This document shows, piece by piece, positions 62,845-64,000 of a stretch of DNA of 64,000 nt. The notes beneath the pieces are model-generated. The model saw only the letters and a list, made by a program, of their open reading frames with translations. It was not told where the DNA came from and did no database searches. Each line of letters opens with the position of its first letter. Positions within the stretch are counted from its first letter, which is position 1. The DNA lies in the IMG/VR virus record IMGVR_UViG_3300047443_000090, positions 1-64,000 of that record, one strand, 5' to 3'. Source of the DNA: a virus. The position numbers were made by a program, and so were the translations under genes.

Positions 62845-64000
62845 ATGTTTAATTCTGACCGCGATGGCTTTCTGATCCCCGACGCGCCACTTCGCACCGA
62901 CGAGCTGGCGCAGGGCATCATGGGCGTAAGGCGTAATACCGACACGATCATTGGTTTATTGAAGGGGCGGGCAAAGGCTGCAACCCTTCAGCGCGCCCGC
63001 GTTGTAGTGCAGGGCAGCGCCAGAGGCGCTACAGGCTCGCCATTATCCGCAGGCGAGCATCCGGGCGCACAGGCCCGCCGTGGGCCTTCAGGCGGCGCTA
63101 TGGGCTCGTCTGCCGATGCTGGCGCGCGCGTGGCGGGCGCGGCCCGCCGTGGACCGTCTGGAGGCGCTACGGACGCATTGCCAGAGCGTGACAGCCGTGG
63201 CCGATTCGTCGCAAAGCCAATCGGTGACGTGGCAAAGGCTGTTCGCCAGCTTACGCGGCAGCAGTCCCAGGATATGGCTGAAAATTCGCGCCGCGAGGCC
63301 GCGCGCGAAAACCGCGAGGGCGGCAGCGCGGCAGGCGGCGAGCAGCAGCGCGACGCGCGCGGGCGGTTTGGCGCGGGCGGCGGCGGCCCCAATGACGACA
63401 AGGAAGGCGGCGATAGCAAGAGCCTCACCCTTGCCATCCTGAAGGCTGCGGCTCAGGGCGGCGCTGCGGCGCTGGGATCGACTGAAAAAGTAGACCCGGC
63501 AATTGAATCGGCGCAGGAAATTCATGGCATGGTAAGCGGCGCGGTATCAGCGCTCAAAACTACCGGCAAACTTGGCATCGCGGTGGCCGGGCGCGCGTTC
63601 GGCAGCGCGAAAGAAAAGGATGTGCCGTGGTATCGCAAGCTGTTGCAGCAATTGAAGTTGATGCGCAGGGATGACGGCGAATTTCACCGTGCCGAGCTGC
63701 GCGCGCTGAATAACCGCGCTGGTGGCGGTGGCGGTGGCGGTGGCGGCGGTAGCGCGCTGCCTGACTGGGTGCCCAAGCTTCCGGGCGCTGTGCCTAAGCT
63801 GCTAGGGGCCGGTGCAAAGCTGCTTGGTAAGCTCGCGTTGCCAGCAGCCGCTATCGGGTCGGCTATCAAGTCATTTGGCACCAACACGAGCGATTATGCT
63901 GATCGCCTTGGGACAAAGGATGATGGCGGCATTGCAAAAAGCCTTGGCATACGCGCTGCCGGTGTGTTGGGCGACTTGGGGAGCACGCTCACACTCGGGC
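62845..64000 (+). CDS. Tape-measure-like protein, runs off the window edge
   Basis: Manual translation MFNSDRDGFLIPD..., Ala/Gly-rich with RDSRGRF and RDARGRF motifs; absent from the ORF track. Confidence 0.6.
   Translation, partial: MFNSDRDGFLIPDAPLRTDELAQGIMGVRRNTDTIIGLLKGRAKAATLQRARVVVQGSARGATGSPLSAGEHPGAQARRGPSGGAMGSSADAGARVAGAARRGPSGGATDALPERDSRGRFVAKPIGDVAKAVRQLTRQQSQDMAENSRREAARENREGGSAAGGEQQRDARGRFGAGGGGPNDDKEGGDSKSLTLAILKAAAQGGAAALGSTEKVDPAIESAQEIHGMVSGAVSALKTTGKLGIAVAGRAFGSAKEKDVPWYRKLLQQLKLMRRDDGEFHRAELRALNNRAGGGGGGGGGGSALPDWVPKLPGAVPKLLGAGAKLLGKLALPAAAIGSAIKSFGTNTSDYADRLGTKDDGGIAKSLGIRAAGVLGDLGSTLTLG

Larger units (their letters stand above)
1..64000. mobile_element. Segment of a P1-like temperate phage / phage-plasmid
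   Basis: Terminase, portal, protease, baseplate, tail fibre and DarA/DarB/Ulx homologues together with parA, a resolvase and a dif-like site; no host housekeeping genes. Confidence 0.9.

Overview
This 64 kb window is part of a temperate, P1-like myophage or phage-plasmid, probably from a betaproteobacterial host (Oxalobacteraceae-like). Homology calls are from motifs and recalled family sequences; no search was run. Left to right it carries: a partial type-Ib parA with an adjacent ~480 bp 5-bp-periodic array; a lambdoid early region (ParB-like protein, rdgC, exonuclease, RecT-like protein, CI/S24 repressor, O/P-like replication genes with internal iterons, nin-like genes); P1-type terminase (pacA/pacB); a ~14 kb accessory region (truncated H-NS, serine resolvase, lone nucleotidyltransferase, LigA domain Ia protein, a type I toxin-antitoxin candidate, a dif-like site); baseplate, protease and tail-fibre genes; a DarA / polyvalent / DarB / Ulx injected anti-restriction cluster; portal; and a partial tape-measure-like gene. 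The strongest non-coding signal is a three-tier regulatory code read directly from the DNA: (1) a 16-bp CI-type operator at 4 promoters; (2) seven dispersed sigma70 promoters sharing the invariant core TGTATGCGCTCAC that drive accessory cassettes; (3) six candidate late promoters of the form GGAAAA-N29-[-10 box] with exactly conserved spacing. No rRNA, tRNA, CRISPR array, reverse transcriptase or IS was seen. Major capsid, lysis and plasmid rep genes were not recognised and probably lie outside the window.
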